20,716 nucleotides of DNA from a virus (IMGVR_UViG_3300045988_076837:1-20716); one strand, 5' to 3'. Shown: positions 1-9,447, numbered from the stretch's first letter. Notes: generated from the letters alone by a model not told the origin. A program made the numbers and translations.

Positions 1-12
1 ATGAAGCGGGCG

Positions 13-31
13 GGCGAGGCGGGGAAAGCAC
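13..31. other. cos: Putative cos cohesive-end sequence (GGCGAGGCGGGGAAAGCAC), P2-type
   Basis: The 19-nt string at 13-31 matches my recollection of the P2 19-nt 5' cohesive end. It lies next to the 3' end of the portal gene Q, as in P2. Recalled from memory, not searched. Confidence 0.5.
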
Positions 32-173
32 TGCGCGCTGGCGGTGGTGCTGATTTTATTTTTTCAGCGTCTGAGCGCGTCGTGATGGCGTTTAGATTGT
101 TCGCCGGGGCGTTGGTTTGTCTGCGGGGTGTTTTGCGCGGAGGTAAGCGTGTGAGGGCGTGATGACGGGGTGT

Positions 174-195
174 AAAAAAGCCGCCCGCAGGCGGC
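174..195 (-). terminator. Rho-independent terminator downstream of Q (minus strand)
   Basis: Perfect 6-bp GC stem gccgcc (180-185) / ggcggc (190-195) with a 4-nt loop, preceded on the plus strand by AAAAAA (174-179), which is a U-run after the hairpin on the minus strand. It sits immediately 3' of the Q stop at 201-203. Confidence 0.6.
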
Positions 196-200
196 GATGT

Positions 201-1235
201 TCAGCCGTTGTCAGTGTCCAGTGAGTAGTTTTTAAAGCGGATGACCTCCTGATCGAGCCAGCCGTTTATCTCGCGGATCCTGTCCTGTAACGGGATAAGC
301 TCATTGCGGACAAAGACCTTTGCCACTTTCTCAATATCTCCCAGCGACCCGACGTTCTCCGGCTTGCCGCCCATCAACTGAAAGGGGATGCGGTGTGCGT
401 CCAGCAGGTCAGCGGCGCTGGCTTTTTTGATATTAAAAAAATCGTCCTTCGTCGCCACTTCACTGAGGGGGATAATTTTAATGCCGTCGGCTTTCCCCTG
501 CGGGGCATAGAGAAACAGATTTTTAAAGTTATTGCGGCCTTTCGACTTAACCATGTTTTCGCGAAGCATTTCGATATCGTTGCGATCCTGCACGGCATCG
601 GTGACGTACATGATGTATCCGGCATGTGCGCCATTTTCGTAATACTTGCGGCGGAACAGCGTGGCCGACTCATTCAGCCAGGCAGAGTTAAGGGCGCTGA
701 GATATTCCGGCAGGCCGTACAGCTCCTGATTAATATCCGGCTCCAGCAGGTGAAACACGGAGCCGGGCGCGAAGGCTGTCGGCTCGTTGAAGGACGGCAC
801 CCACCAGTAAACATCCTCTTCCACACCACGGCGGGTATATTTTGCCGGTGAGGTTTCCAGTCTGATGACCTTACCGGTGGTGCTGTAACGCTTTTCCAGA
901 AACGCATTACCGAACACCAGAAAATCCAGCACAAAGCGGCTGAAATCCTGCTGGGAAAGCCACGGATGCGGGATAAATGTCGAGGCCAGAATATTACGTT
1001 TGACGTAAATCGGGGAGCTGTGATGCACGGCAGCACGCAGGCTTTTTGCCAGACCGGTAAAGCTGACCGGTGGCTCATACCATCTGCCGTTACTGATGCA
1101 CTCAACGTAATCCAGAATGTCACGGCGGTCGAGTACCGGCACCGGCTCACCAAAGGTGAATGCCTCCATTTTCGGGGCGCTGGCGGTCATTTTTTTTGCC
1201 GCAGGTTGCGGTGTTTTCCCTTTTTTCTTGCTCAT
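201..1235 (-). CDS. Q: Portal protein (P2 gpQ-like)
   Basis: 344-aa ORF whose translation I recognise as P2 Q-family portal protein. Adjacent to cos and to the terminase gene. Its start overlaps the stop of P. Confidence 0.92.
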   Translation of the reverse strand: MSKKKGKTPQPAAKKMTASAPKMEAFTFGEPVPVLDRRDILDYVECISNGRWYEPPVSFTGLAKSLRAAVHHSSPIYVKRNILASTFIPHPWLSQQDFSRFVLDFLVFGNAFLEKRYSTTGKVIRLETSPAKYTRRGVEEDVYWWVPSFNEPTAFAPGSVFHLLEPDINQELYGLPEYLSALNSAWLNESATLFRRKYYENGAHAGYIMYVTDAVQDRNDIEMLRENMVKSKGRNNFKNLFLYAPQGKADGIKIIPLSEVATKDDFFNIKKASAADLLDAHRIPFQLMGGKPENVGSLGDIEKVAKVFVRNELIPLQDRIREINGWLDQEVIRFKNYSLDTDNG

Positions 1236-3007
1236 CAGTAAAACTCCAGAATGGTGGATGTCAGCGGGGTGCTGATACCGGCGGTGAGTGGCTCATTTAA
1301 CAGGGCGTGCATGGTCGCCCAGGCGAGGTCGGCGTGGCTGGCTTCCTCGCTGCGGCTGGCCTCATAGGTGGCGCTGCGTCCGCTGCTGGTCATGGTCTTG
1401 CGGATAGCCATAAACGAGCTGGTGATGTCGGTGGCGCTGACGTCATATTCCAGACAGCCACGACGGATAACGTCTTTTGCCTTGAGCACCATTGCGGTTT
1501 TCATTTCCGGCGTGTAGCGGATATCGCGCGCGGCGGGATAGAACGAGCGCACGAGCTGGAACACGCCGATACCGAGGCCGGTGGCATCAATTCCGATGTA
1601 TTCGACGTTGTATTTTTCGGTGAGTTTGCGGATGGATTCAGCCTGGGTGGCAAAGTCCATGCCTTTCCACTGGTGACGCTCAAGTATTCTGAATTTGCCA
1701 CCGGCCACCACCGGCGGTGCCAGTACCACGCATCCGGCGCTGTCGCCACGGTGTGACGGGTCGTAACCAATCCATACCGGACGGGAGCCGAATGGATTCG
1801 CGGCAAACGGCGCATAGTCTTCCCATTCTTCCAGCGTGTCGACCATGCAGCGTTGCAGCTCCTCGAACGGGAACACCGATGCCTTGTCGTCAACAAATTC
1901 ACACATGAACAGGTTTTTAAAATCGTCGGCGCTGTTTTCGCGTTTGAGCTGCTCAATGTCGAACAGCGTGCAGCCACCTTTCAGGGCGTCCTCAATGGTG
2001 ACAATCTGCCGCCACTGGCCGTCCGCACAGAGAAGCCCACCGGCAAGGGCGTTATGACTGACGTCGATTTCCACGCGTTCAGCGGCGCTGGCGCGTCCCC
2101 GGTTAAACAGTTCACCCGACCAGAACGGGTAGGCGTCGTGCGCCAGCGTGGACGGGGTGGAGAAATAGGTCGAGCGCAGGTGACTCTGTGAGGCCATACC
2201 TGATGCCACCTTACGCAGTACCTGAAAATTCGGGATCCAGAAAATCTCGTCGACGTACAGGTCGCCGTTATGGCTCTGTGCGGTGTTGGAGTTGGTGCCG
2301 AGAAAAATCAGTTTTGCGCCGTTATTGCCCAGGACAATCGGGTCACCGGTCAGGTCAACGTCAACCAGCCGGGCAAAGGCGATGATGTATTCGCGGAACA
2401 CATACGCCTGCGTTTTACTGGCCGACAGAAAAATCTGGTTATGACCGGTTTTCAGGGCGCGCAGCAGCGCCTCGCGGGAAAAATAAAACGTCGCGCCAAT
2501 CTGGCGGGATTTCAGGATATCGCGGATGCGGTGCTCAAGCCCGGCGCGATACCAGTGCAACTGATAGTCGAAAGACTGCTCAAAGAAAATCTGCTCCAGC
2601 TTTTCGATGGCCTCGTCACTGAAAAAATTCTTTTTCGGTTTGCGACGCCCGCCTTTGTTGCGGTTAGCGACGTTCGGATTAAGGTCTGCCTCGTTGCCGG
2701 TCTGACTGTAACGGTTGACCCGTGCCAGTCGTTCAATCTGGCGTCCCAGCAGGTCAATTTCCTTGAAGTCACCGCCGGTTTTCTGCGGTTTGATGATGAG
2801 CTGGGTCAGCCGCGCTTCCAGACTCATTTCGACACGGCTGATGGGGGCAACGCTGTCCCAGCCGTCGCGCTGTTTCCAGCTCTGCACCGTCGGGCGTTTC
2901 ATCTGCAACATGGCGGCAATCTGCGGCACGGAAACCCCCTGCCAGTACAGCAGCGCCGCCTGACGACGCGGGTCGTGTAAAAGAGTGGTGTCTGTGGTGA
3001 TGGTCAT
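1235..3007 (-). CDS. P: Terminase large (ATPase) subunit (P2 gpP-like)
   Basis: Long minus-strand ORF 1235-3037. I place the start at the ATG at 3005-3007 (MTITTDTTLL...), which has an upstream GAGG-like RBS and gives about 590 aa, the length I recall for P2 gpP. Transcribed divergently from O. Confidence 0.9.
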   Translation of the reverse strand: MTITTDTTLLHDPRRQAALLYWQGVSVPQIAAMLQMKRPTVQSWKQRDGWDSVAPISRVEMSLEARLTQLIIKPQKTGGDFKEIDLLGRQIERLARVNRYSQTGNEADLNPNVANRNKGGRRKPKKNFFSDEAIEKLEQIFFEQSFDYQLHWYRAGLEHRIRDILKSRQIGATFYFSREALLRALKTGHNQIFLSASKTQAYVFREYIIAFARLVDVDLTGDPIVLGNNGAKLIFLGTNSNTAQSHNGDLYVDEIFWIPNFQVLRKVASGMASQSHLRSTYFSTPSTLAHDAYPFWSGELFNRGRASAAERVEIDVSHNALAGGLLCADGQWRQIVTIEDALKGGCTLFDIEQLKRENSADDFKNLFMCEFVDDKASVFPFEELQRCMVDTLEEWEDYAPFAANPFGSRPVWIGYDPSHRGDSAGCVVLAPPVVAGGKFRILERHQWKGMDFATQAESIRKLTEKYNVEYIGIDATGLGIGVFQLVRSFYPAARDIRYTPEMKTAMVLKAKDVIRRGCLEYDVSATDITSSFMAIRKTMTSSGRSATYEASRSEEASHADLAWATMHALLNEPLTAGISTPLTSTILEFY

Positions 3008-3180
3008 GAATACCTCGCCGTGATGAATACACGGCAAGGCTACTGAGTCGCGTCCCGCGATTCGCTAAGGTGCTGTTGTGTCAGTGATAAGCCATCCGGG
3101 ACTGATGGCGGAGGATGCGCATCGTCGGGAAACTGATGCCGACATGTGACTCCTCTAATCACTATTCAGGACTCCTGACA
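3008..3180. promoter_or_regulatory. Divergent intergenic region expected to hold the late promoters for the P-Q and O-N-M-L operons
   Basis: 173-bp non-coding spacer between divergently transcribed P and O. It contains the motif ctgttgtgtcag at 3073-3084, which recurs upstream of FI and in the cargo-gene leader. I could not verify an exact TGT-N12-ACA Ogr-type dyad. Confidence 0.4.
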
Positions 3181-4035
3181 ATGGCAAAAAAAGTCTCAAA
3201 ATTCTTTCGTATCGGCGTTGAGGGTGACACCTGTGACGGGCGTGTCATCAGTGCGCAGGATATTCAGGAAATGGCCGAAACCTTTGACCCGCGTGTCTAT
3301 GGTTGCCGTATTAACCTGGAACATCTGCGCGGCATCCTGCCTGACGGTATTTTTAAGCGTTATGGCGATGTGGCCGAACTGAAGGCCGAAAAGATTGACG
3401 ATGATTCGGCGCTGAAAGGCAAATGGGCGCTGTTTGCGAAAATCACCCCGACCGATGACCTTATCGCGATGAACAAGGCCGCGCAGAAGGTTTATACCTC
3501 AATGGAAATTCAGCCGAACTTTGCCAACACCGGCAAATGTTATCTGGTGGGTCTGGCCGTCACCGATGACCCGGCAAGCCTCGGTACGGAATACCTGGAA
3601 TTCTGCCGCACGGCAAAACACAACCCCCTGAACCGCTTCAAATTAAGCCCTGAAAACCTGATTTCAGTGGCAACGCCCGTTGAGCTGGAATTTGAAGACC
3701 TGCCTGAAACCGTGTTCACCGCCCTGACTGAAAAGGTGAAATCCATTTTTGGCCGCAAACAGGCCAGCGATGACGCCCGTCTGAATGATGTGCATGAAGC
3801 GGTGACCGCTGTTGCTGAACATGTGCAGGAAAAACTGAGCGCCACTGAGCAGCGCCTCGCGGAGATGGAAACCGCCTTTTCCGCACTTAAGCAGGATGTA
3901 GCTGACAGGGCGGATGAAACCAGCCAGGCATTCACCCGCCTGAAAAACAGTCTCGACCACACCGAAAGTCTGACCCAGCAGCGCCGCAGCAAGGCCACCG
4001 GCGGTGGCGGTGACGCCCTGATGACGAACTGCTGA
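3181..4035 (+). CDS. O: Capsid scaffolding protein (P2 gpO-like)
   Basis: ORF 3115-4035. I prefer the start at 3181 (MAKKVSKFF...), which is preceded by AGGA and gives 284 aa. The central coiled-coil-like region is typical of a scaffold protein. Position is between P and N. Confidence 0.88.
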   Translation: MAKKVSKFFRIGVEGDTCDGRVISAQDIQEMAETFDPRVYGCRINLEHLRGILPDGIFKRYGDVAELKAEKIDDDSALKGKWALFAKITPTDDLIAMNKAAQKVYTSMEIQPNFANTGKCYLVGLAVTDDPASLGTEYLEFCRTAKHNPLNRFKLSPENLISVATPVELEFEDLPETVFTALTEKVKSIFGRKQASDDARLNDVHEAVTAVAEHVQEKLSATEQRLAEMETAFSALKQDVADRADETSQAFTRLKNSLDHTESLTQQRRSKATGGGGDALMTNC

Positions 4036-4093
4036 CCGGCGTCAGCCAGTCCGGGAAAACCTTCACGATTAACCCTTAATTTCAGGAAAAACT

Positions 4094-5167
4094 ATGCGCC
4101 AGGAAACCCGCTTTAAATTTAATGCCTACCTGTCCCGTGTTGCCGAACTGAACGGCATCGACGCCGGTGATGTGTCGAAAAAATTCACCGTTGAACCGTC
4201 GGTCACCCAGACCCTGATGAACACCATGCAGGAGTCCTCTGACTTTCTGACCCGCATCAACATTGTGCCGGTCAGCGAAATGAAAGGGGAAAAAATTGGC
4301 ATCGGTGTCACCGGCTCCATCGCCAGCACCACCGACACCGCCGGTGGCACCGAACGTCAGCCGAAGGACTTCTCGAAGCTGGCGTCAAACAAGTACGAAT
4401 GCGACCAGATTAACTTCGATTTTTATATCCGCTACAAAACGCTGGACCTGTGGGCGCGTTATCAGGATTTCCAGCTCCGTATCCGTAACGCCATTATCAA
4501 ACGCCAGTCCCTTGATTTAATCATGGCCGGTTTTAACGGCGTGAAGCGTGCCGAAACCTCTGACCGCAGCAGTAACCCGATGCTGCAGGATGTGGCGGTC
4601 GGCTGGCTGCAGAAATACCGCAATGAAGCCCCGGCGCGCGTGATGAGCAAGGTTACTGACGAGGAAGGTCACACGACCTCTGAGGTCATCCGCGTGGGTA
4701 AGGGCGGTGATTATGCCAGCCTTGATGCACTGGTGATGGATGCGACCAACAACCTGATTGAACCGTGGTATCAGGAAGACCCTGACCTTGTGGTGATTGT
4801 GGGGCGTCAGCTACTGGCGGACAAGTATTTCCCCATCGTCAACAGGGAGCAGGACAACAGCGAAATGCTGGCCGCTGACGTCATCATCAGCCAGAAACGC
4901 ATCGGTAACCTGCCGGCAGTGCGCGTCCCGTACTTCCCGGCAGATGCGATGCTCATCACGAAGCTGGAAAACCTGTCCATCTACTACATGGATGACAGCC
5001 ATCGCCGCGTGATTGTGGAAAACCCGAAACTCGACCGCGTGGAGAACTACGAGTCAATGAACATTGATTACGTGGTGGAAGACTACGCCGCCGGTTGTCT
5101 GGTGGAAAAAATTAAGGTCGGTGATTTCTCCACACCGGCTAAGGCGACCGCAGAGCCGGGAGCGTAA
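4094..5167 (+). CDS. N: Major capsid protein (P2 gpN-like)
   Basis: 357-aa ORF recognised as P2 N-family major capsid protein. AGGA RBS upstream. Synteny O-N-M. Confidence 0.92.
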   Translation: MRQETRFKFNAYLSRVAELNGIDAGDVSKKFTVEPSVTQTLMNTMQESSDFLTRINIVPVSEMKGEKIGIGVTGSIASTTDTAGGTERQPKDFSKLASNKYECDQINFDFYIRYKTLDLWARYQDFQLRIRNAIIKRQSLDLIMAGFNGVKRAETSDRSSNPMLQDVAVGWLQKYRNEAPARVMSKVTDEEGHTTSEVIRVGKGGDYASLDALVMDATNNLIEPWYQEDPDLVVIVGRQLLADKYFPIVNREQDNSEMLAADVIISQKRIGNLPAVRVPYFPADAMLITKLENLSIYYMDDSHRRVIVENPKLDRVENYESMNIDYVVEDYAAGCLVEKIKVGDFSTPAKATAEPGA

Positions 5168-5170
5168 CCG

Positions 5171-5914
5171 ATGACGAGTCCCGCACAGCGCCACATGATG
5201 CGGGTCTCGGCAGCGATGACCGCGCAGCGGGAAGCCGCCCCGCTGCGACATGCAACTGTCTATGAGCAGATGCTGGTCAAGCTGGCCGCAGACCAGCGCA
5301 CACTGAAAGCGATTTATTCAAAAGAGCTGAAGGCCGCAAAAAAACGCGAACTGCTGCCGTTCTGGTTGCCGTGGGTGAACGGCGTGCTGGAGCAGGGCAA
5401 AGGTGCACAGGATGACATTCTGATGACGGTCATGCTGTGGCGTCTGGATACCGGCGATATTGCCGGTGCGCTGGAGATTGCCCGTTATGCCCTGAAGTAC
5501 GGTCTGACCATGCCGGGTAAACACCGCCGCACCCCGCCGTACATGTTCACCGAGGAGGTGGCGCTCGCGGCCATGCGCGCTCACGCTGCCGGTGAGTCTG
5601 TGGATACCCGCCTGCTGACGGAGACCCTTGAACTGACCGCCACGGCTGACATGCCTGATGAAGTGCGCGCAAAGCTGCACAAAATCACCGGTCTGTTTCT
5701 GCGTGACGCTGGTGATGCCGCCGGTGCGCTGGCTCACCTGCAACGTGCGACACAGCTCGACTGTCAGGCAGGCGTCAAAAAAGAGATTGAACGACTGGAG
5801 CGGGAGCTGAAACCGAAGCCGGAGCCGCAACCCAAAGCGGCCACCCGTGCCACGCGTAAGACCCGGAGCGTGACACCGGCAAAACGTGGACGCCCGAAAA
5901 AGAAAGCCAGTTAA
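5171..5914 (+). CDS. M: Terminase small subunit / endonuclease (P2 gpM-like)
   Basis: 247-aa ORF with a basic, Lys/Arg-rich C-terminus. GGGAG RBS. Position directly after N matches P2 M. Confidence 0.88.
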   Translation: MTSPAQRHMMRVSAAMTAQREAAPLRHATVYEQMLVKLAADQRTLKAIYSKELKAAKKRELLPFWLPWVNGVLEQGKGAQDDILMTVMLWRLDTGDIAGALEIARYALKYGLTMPGKHRRTPPYMFTEEVALAAMRAHAAGESVDTRLLTETLELTATADMPDEVRAKLHKITGLFLRDAGDAAGALAHLQRATQLDCQAGVKKEIERLERELKPKPEPQPKAATRATRKTRSVTPAKRGRPKKKAS

Positions 5915-6013
5915 CAACCGAATGCGCCCCGCGCCAGGGCGGCACGCCGGTCAGTGAGGGTGAATCACCTGACACTACACCGGCGTCCACCGCCCGACTT
6001 TTCAGAGGTAGTC

Positions 6014-6523
6014 ATGATGACGCTGATTATTCCGCGAAAGGAGGCTCCCGTGTCCGGTGAGGGTACGGTGGTCATCCCGCAACCGGCAGGCGACGAGCCG
6101 GTGATTAAAAACACGTTCTTTTTTCCCGATATCGACCCGAAGCGCGTCCGGGAACGTATGCGCCTTGAGCAGACCGTCGCCCCCGCCCGTCTGCGTGAGG
6201 CCATCAAGTCAGGCATGGCTGAAACGAATGCGGAGCTGTACGAGTACCGCGAACAGAAAATTGCTGCCGGTTTTACGCGTCTGGCGGACGTCCCGGCGGA
6301 CGACATCGACGGTGAAAGCATCAAAGTTTTTTACTACGAGCGCGCCGTGTGTGCGATGGCGACCGCGTCGCTTTATGAGCGTTACCGCGGCGTGGATGCC
6401 AGTGCGAAAGGCGACAAGAAGGCCGACAGCATTGACAGCACTATTGATGAGCTGTGGCGGGATATGCGCTGGGCGGTGGCGCGTATCCAGGACAAGCCGC
6501 GCTGCATCGTGAGTCAAATCTGA
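6014..6523 (+). CDS. L: Head completion/stabilisation protein (P2 gpL-like)
   Basis: ORF 5954-6523. I prefer the start at 6014 (MMTLIIPRK...), which has a GAGG RBS and gives 169 aa. Its stop overlaps the X start (ATGA). Confidence 0.85.
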   Translation: MMTLIIPRKEAPVSGEGTVVIPQPAGDEPVIKNTFFFPDIDPKRVRERMRLEQTVAPARLREAIKSGMAETNAELYEYREQKIAAGFTRLADVPADDIDGESIKVFYYERAVCAMATASLYERYRGVDASAKGDKKADSIDSTIDELWRDMRWAVARIQDKPRCIVSQI

Positions 6524-6726
6524 TGAAGACCTTTGCGCTACAGGGCGACACGCTCGACGCCATTTGTGTCCGGTATTACGGGCGCACTGAGGGCGTGGTT
6601 GAGACCGTGCTCGCCGCAAATCCGGGACTGGCTGAACTGGGTGCGGTGCTGCCACACGGCACCGCCGTCGAACTGCCCGACGTTCAGACCGCGCCCGTGG
6701 CTGAAACTGTCAATCTGTGGGAGTAA
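6523..6726 (+). CDS. X: Tail protein X (small LysM-like tail component, P2 gpX-like)
   Basis: 67-aa product (MKTFALQGDTLDAICVRYYG...) taken from the internal ATG of ORF 6454-6726, which overlaps the L stop. Recognised as P2 X-like. Confidence 0.82.
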   Translation: MKTFALQGDTLDAICVRYYGRTEGVVETVLAANPGLAELGAVLPHGTAVELPDVQTAPVAETVNLWE

Positions 6727-6729
6727 CGC

Positions 6730-7011
6730 ATGACAGCAGAAGAAAAAAGCGTCCTGTCGCTTTTCATGATTGGGGTGCTGATTGTTGTCGGCAAGGTGCT
6801 TGCCGGTGGTGAACCCATCACCCCGCGTCTGTTTATCGGGCGCATGTTGCTCGGTGGTTTTGTCTCGATGGTTGCCGGTGTTGTTCTGGTGCAGTTTCCT
6901 GACCTGTCACTGCCTGCGGTGTGCGGCATCGGCTCCATGCTGGGTATCGCCGGTTATCAGGTAATTGAGATTGCCATTCAGCGCCGCTTTAAGGGCAGGG
7001 GGAAACAGTAA
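6730..7011 (+). CDS. Y: Holin (P2 gpY-like)
   Basis: 93 aa with hydrophobic transmembrane segments and a charged C-terminus (RRFKGRGKQ). GGGAG RBS. It immediately precedes the endolysin. Confidence 0.85.
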   Translation: MTAEEKSVLSLFMIGVLIVVGKVLAGGEPITPRLFIGRMLLGGFVSMVAGVVLVQFPDLSLPAVCGIGSMLGIAGYQVIEIAIQRRFKGRGKQ

Positions 7012-7508
7012 TGCCGGTAATTAACACGCATCAGAATATCGCCGCCTTTCTCGACATGCTGGCCGTGTCCGAAGGGACGGCGAATCATCCGCTGACGAAA
7101 AACCGGGGCTATGACGTGATAGTCACCGGACTGGACGGGAAGCCGGAAATTTTCACCGACTACAGTGACCACCCGTTCGCGCATGGCCGACCGGCGAAGG
7201 TGTTTAACCGTCGCGGTGAAAAATCCACGGCCTCCGGTCGCTATCAGCAGCTTTACCTGTTCTGGCCGCATTACCGCAAACAGCTTGCCCTGCCGGATTT
7301 CAGTCCGTTGTCACAGGACAGACTTGCCATTCAGTTGATCCGCGAACGCGGTGCACTGGATGACATCCGGGCGGGACGCATTGAACGCGCCATTTCACGC
7401 TGTCGCAATATCTGGGCGTCCCTGCCGGGAGCCGGTTACGGTCAGCGTGAGCATTCACTGGAAAAACTGGTCACCGTCTGGCGTACCGCCGGCGGCGTAC
7501 CGGCTTAA
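7011..7508 (+). CDS. K: Endolysin / lysozyme (P2 gpK-like)
   Basis: 165-aa ORF recognised as P2 K-family phage lysozyme. Its start overlaps the Y stop (TAATG). Confidence 0.9.
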   Translation: MPVINTHQNIAAFLDMLAVSEGTANHPLTKNRGYDVIVTGLDGKPEIFTDYSDHPFAHGRPAKVFNRRGEKSTASGRYQQLYLFWPHYRKQLALPDFSPLSQDRLAIQLIRERGALDDIRAGRIERAISRCRNIWASLPGAGYGQREHSLEKLVTVWRTAGGVPA

Positions 7509-7522
7509 ACGGAGTAAACACC

Positions 7523-7948
7523 ATGAAGAAATTATCCCTTTCACTGATGCTGAACGTGTCGCTGGCGCTGATGCTGGCACTGTCCCTGATTTACCCGCAG
7601 AGCGTGGCCGTCAGTTTTGTCGCCACCTGGGCGATTCTGGCGACGGTTATCTGTGTGGTTGCCGGTGCTGTCGGCGTGTATGCCACGGAGTATGTGCTGG
7701 AACGCTACGGGCGGGAGCTGCCGCCGGAATCGCTGGCCGTGAAGATTGTCACGTCGCTGTTTTTGCAGCCGGTGCCGTGGCGCAGACGGGCGGCGGCTCT
7801 GGTGGTGATGGTGGCGACGTTTATCTCGCTGGTCGCTGCCGGGTGGATTTTTACCGCGCTGATTTATCTTGTGGCGTCGCTGTTTTTCCGGCTGATACGT
7901 AAAGCCTGTCGTCAGCGTCTTGAGGGGCGGGAACTATGTCAAAGCTGA
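7523..7948 (+). CDS. lysA: Lysis-timing membrane protein LysA
   Basis: 141 aa, strongly hydrophobic with several predicted transmembrane helices. GGAG RBS. Position between K and lysB as in P2. Confidence 0.8.
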   Translation: MKKLSLSLMLNVSLALMLALSLIYPQSVAVSFVATWAILATVICVVAGAVGVYATEYVLERYGRELPPESLAVKIVTSLFLQPVPWRRRAAALVVMVATFISLVAAGWIFTALIYLVASLFFRLIRKACRQRLEGRELCQS

Positions 7949-8361
7949 TGACTGTGCTGGTCGTGTTGTTATCGCTGGCGGTGGCCGGTCTGTTTCTGGT
8001 GAAACACAAAAATGCCAGCCTGCGCGCCTCGCTGGACAGGGCGAACAGCGTCGCCAGCGGGCAGCAGACGACCATCACCATGCTGAAAAATCAGCTTCAT
8101 GTTGCGCTCACCAGGGCAGACAAAAACGAGCTGGCGCAGGTGGCACTGCGTCAGGAACTGGAGAACGCCGCGAAGCGTGAAGCACAGCGCGAGAAAACCA
8201 TCACGAGGTTACTCAATGAAAACGAAGATTTTCGCCGCTGGTATGGCGCTGACCTGCCTGATGCTGTGCGCCGGTTGCACCAGCGTCCGGCCTGCACTGA
8301 CGCCAGTGATTGTCCCCAACGCCTGCCCGAAAGTGAGCCTTTGCCCGATGCCGGGCAGTGA
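7936..8361 (+). CDS. lysB: Inner-membrane spanin (Rz-like) LysB
   Basis: 141 aa with an N-terminal transmembrane helix followed by a charged, coiled-coil-like periplasmic region. Overlaps the lysA end. Confidence 0.8.
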   Translation: MSKLMTVLVVLLSLAVAGLFLVKHKNASLRASLDRANSVASGQQTTITMLKNQLHVALTRADKNELAQVALRQELENAAKREAQREKTITRLLNENEDFRRWYGADLPDAVRRLHQRPACTDASDCPQRLPESEPLPDAGQ

Positions 8362-8506
8362 CCCGCAGACGAACGGCGATTTAAGTGCCGATATCCGGCA
8401 GCTTGAGAACGCGCTGGCACGCTGTGCCAGCCAGGTAAAAATGATTAAACACTGTCAGGACGAAAACGATGCTCAAACCCGACAGCCTGCGCAGGGCACT
8501 GACTGA
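8216..8506 (+). CDS. lysC: Outer-membrane lipoprotein spanin (Rz1-like) LysC, starting inside lysB in another frame
   Basis: Internal ATG at 8216 in ORF 8099-8506, with GAGG upstream. The product starts MKTKIFAAGMALTCLMLCAGC, a lipoprotein signal with a lipobox Cys, and is Pro- and Cys-rich. It extends past the lysB stop and overlaps the R start. Confidence 0.75.
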   Translation: MKTKIFAAGMALTCLMLCAGCTSVRPALTPVIVPNACPKVSLCPMPGSDPQTNGDLSADIRQLENALARCASQVKMIKHCQDENDAQTRQPAQGTD

Positions 8507-8936
8507 TGCCGTCACGGTGCTGAAAACCAGCCCCGAGATGCTGCGGATATTCGTGGATAACGGGAGTATTGCCTCCACACTGGCGACGTCGTTGTCATTC
8601 GAAAAGCGTTACACGCTCAATGTGATTGTGACCGACTTTACCGGTGATTTTGACCTGCTCATTGTGCCGGTGCTGGCGTGGCTGCGGGAAAATCAGCCCG
8701 ACATCATGACCACCGACGAAGGTCAGAAAAAAGGTTTCACGTTTTATGCAGACATCAACAATGACAGCAGCTTTGATATCAGCATCAGCCTGATGCTGAC
8801 CGAGCGCACGCTGGTCAGTGAGGTGGACGGCGCGCTGCATGTGAAGAATATCCCGGAACCCACGCCGCCGGAGCCGGTCACCCGCCCGATGGAGCTTTAT
8901 ATCAATGGCGAACTGGTGAGCAAGTGGGATGAATGA
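8469..8936 (+). CDS. R: Tail completion protein (P2 gpR-like)
   Basis: 155-aa ORF recognised as P2 R-like. Synteny. Confidence 0.87.
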   Translation: MLKPDSLRRALTDAVTVLKTSPEMLRIFVDNGSIASTLATSLSFEKRYTLNVIVTDFTGDFDLLIVPVLAWLRENQPDIMTTDEGQKKGFTFYADINNDSSFDISISLMLTERTLVSEVDGALHVKNIPEPTPPEPVTRPMELYINGELVSKWDE

Positions 8937-9381
8937 GTTTAAGCGTTTTGAAGACCGGCTGACCGGACTGATTGAGTCGCTGTCACCGTCAGGGCGTCGG
9001 CGACTGAGTGCCGAACTGGCGAAACGTCTGCGGCAGAGTCAGCAGCATCGTGTGATGGCACAGAAAGCCCCGGACGGCACCCCCTACGCGCCACGCCAGC
9101 AGCAGAGCGCCAGAAAAAAGACCGGTCGCGTTAAGCGAAAAATGTTTGCGAAACTTATCACCAGTCGTTTTTTGCATATCCGCGCCAGCCCTGAACAGGC
9201 ATCAATGGAGTTTTACGGCGGGAAGTCACCGAAAATAGCCAGTGTGCATCAGTTCGGTCTGTCAGAAGAAAACCGGAAAGACGGTAAGAAAATTGATTAT
9301 CCGGCGCGTCCTCTGCTCGGCTTTACCGGTGAGGATGTGCAGATGATTGAAGAGATTATCCTGACTCACCTCGATCGTTAG
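8929..9381 (+). CDS. S: Tail completion protein (P2 gpS-like)
   Basis: 150-aa ORF overlapping the R end. Recognised as P2 S-like. Confidence 0.87.
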   Translation: MNEFKRFEDRLTGLIESLSPSGRRRLSAELAKRLRQSQQHRVMAQKAPDGTPYAPRQQQSARKKTGRVKRKMFAKLITSRFLHIRASPEQASMEFYGGKSPKIASVHQFGLSEENRKDGKKIDYPARPLLGFTGEDVQMIEEIILTHLDR

Positions 9382-9447
9382 TTGTGCCATTCCCGACACC
9401 TCATCGTCACATTGCCGCCGGTATGACCCGGCGGCATCCTTCCCGTT
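9382..9447 (+). promoter_or_regulatory. Candidate late promoter region upstream of V
   Basis: 66-bp gap between S and V. It contains TGT-N12-ACC (9384-9401), close to the Ogr-type TGT-N12-ACA dyad. P2 has a late promoter at this position. Confidence 0.35.

Noticed and set aside
374-2980. Many overlapping ORFs of 60-240 aa on both strands inside Q and P (for example 374-673, 393-851, 674-1153, 1307-1756, 1501-1977, 1853-2191, 2270-2980, 2769-3032)
   Set aside because: They lie in alternative frames or antisense to long, recognisable portal and terminase genes. They have Arg/Ser/Cys/Trp-rich, low-complexity translations typical of out-of-frame GC-rich DNA and no credible RBS context.
3115-3180. 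Upstream starts for O (3115), L (5954), X (6454) and lysC (8099) as given by the longest-ORF track
   Set aside because: Internal ATGs with better RBS spacing give products matching the expected P2-family lengths. The upstream extensions also overlap promoter or neighbouring coding sequence.
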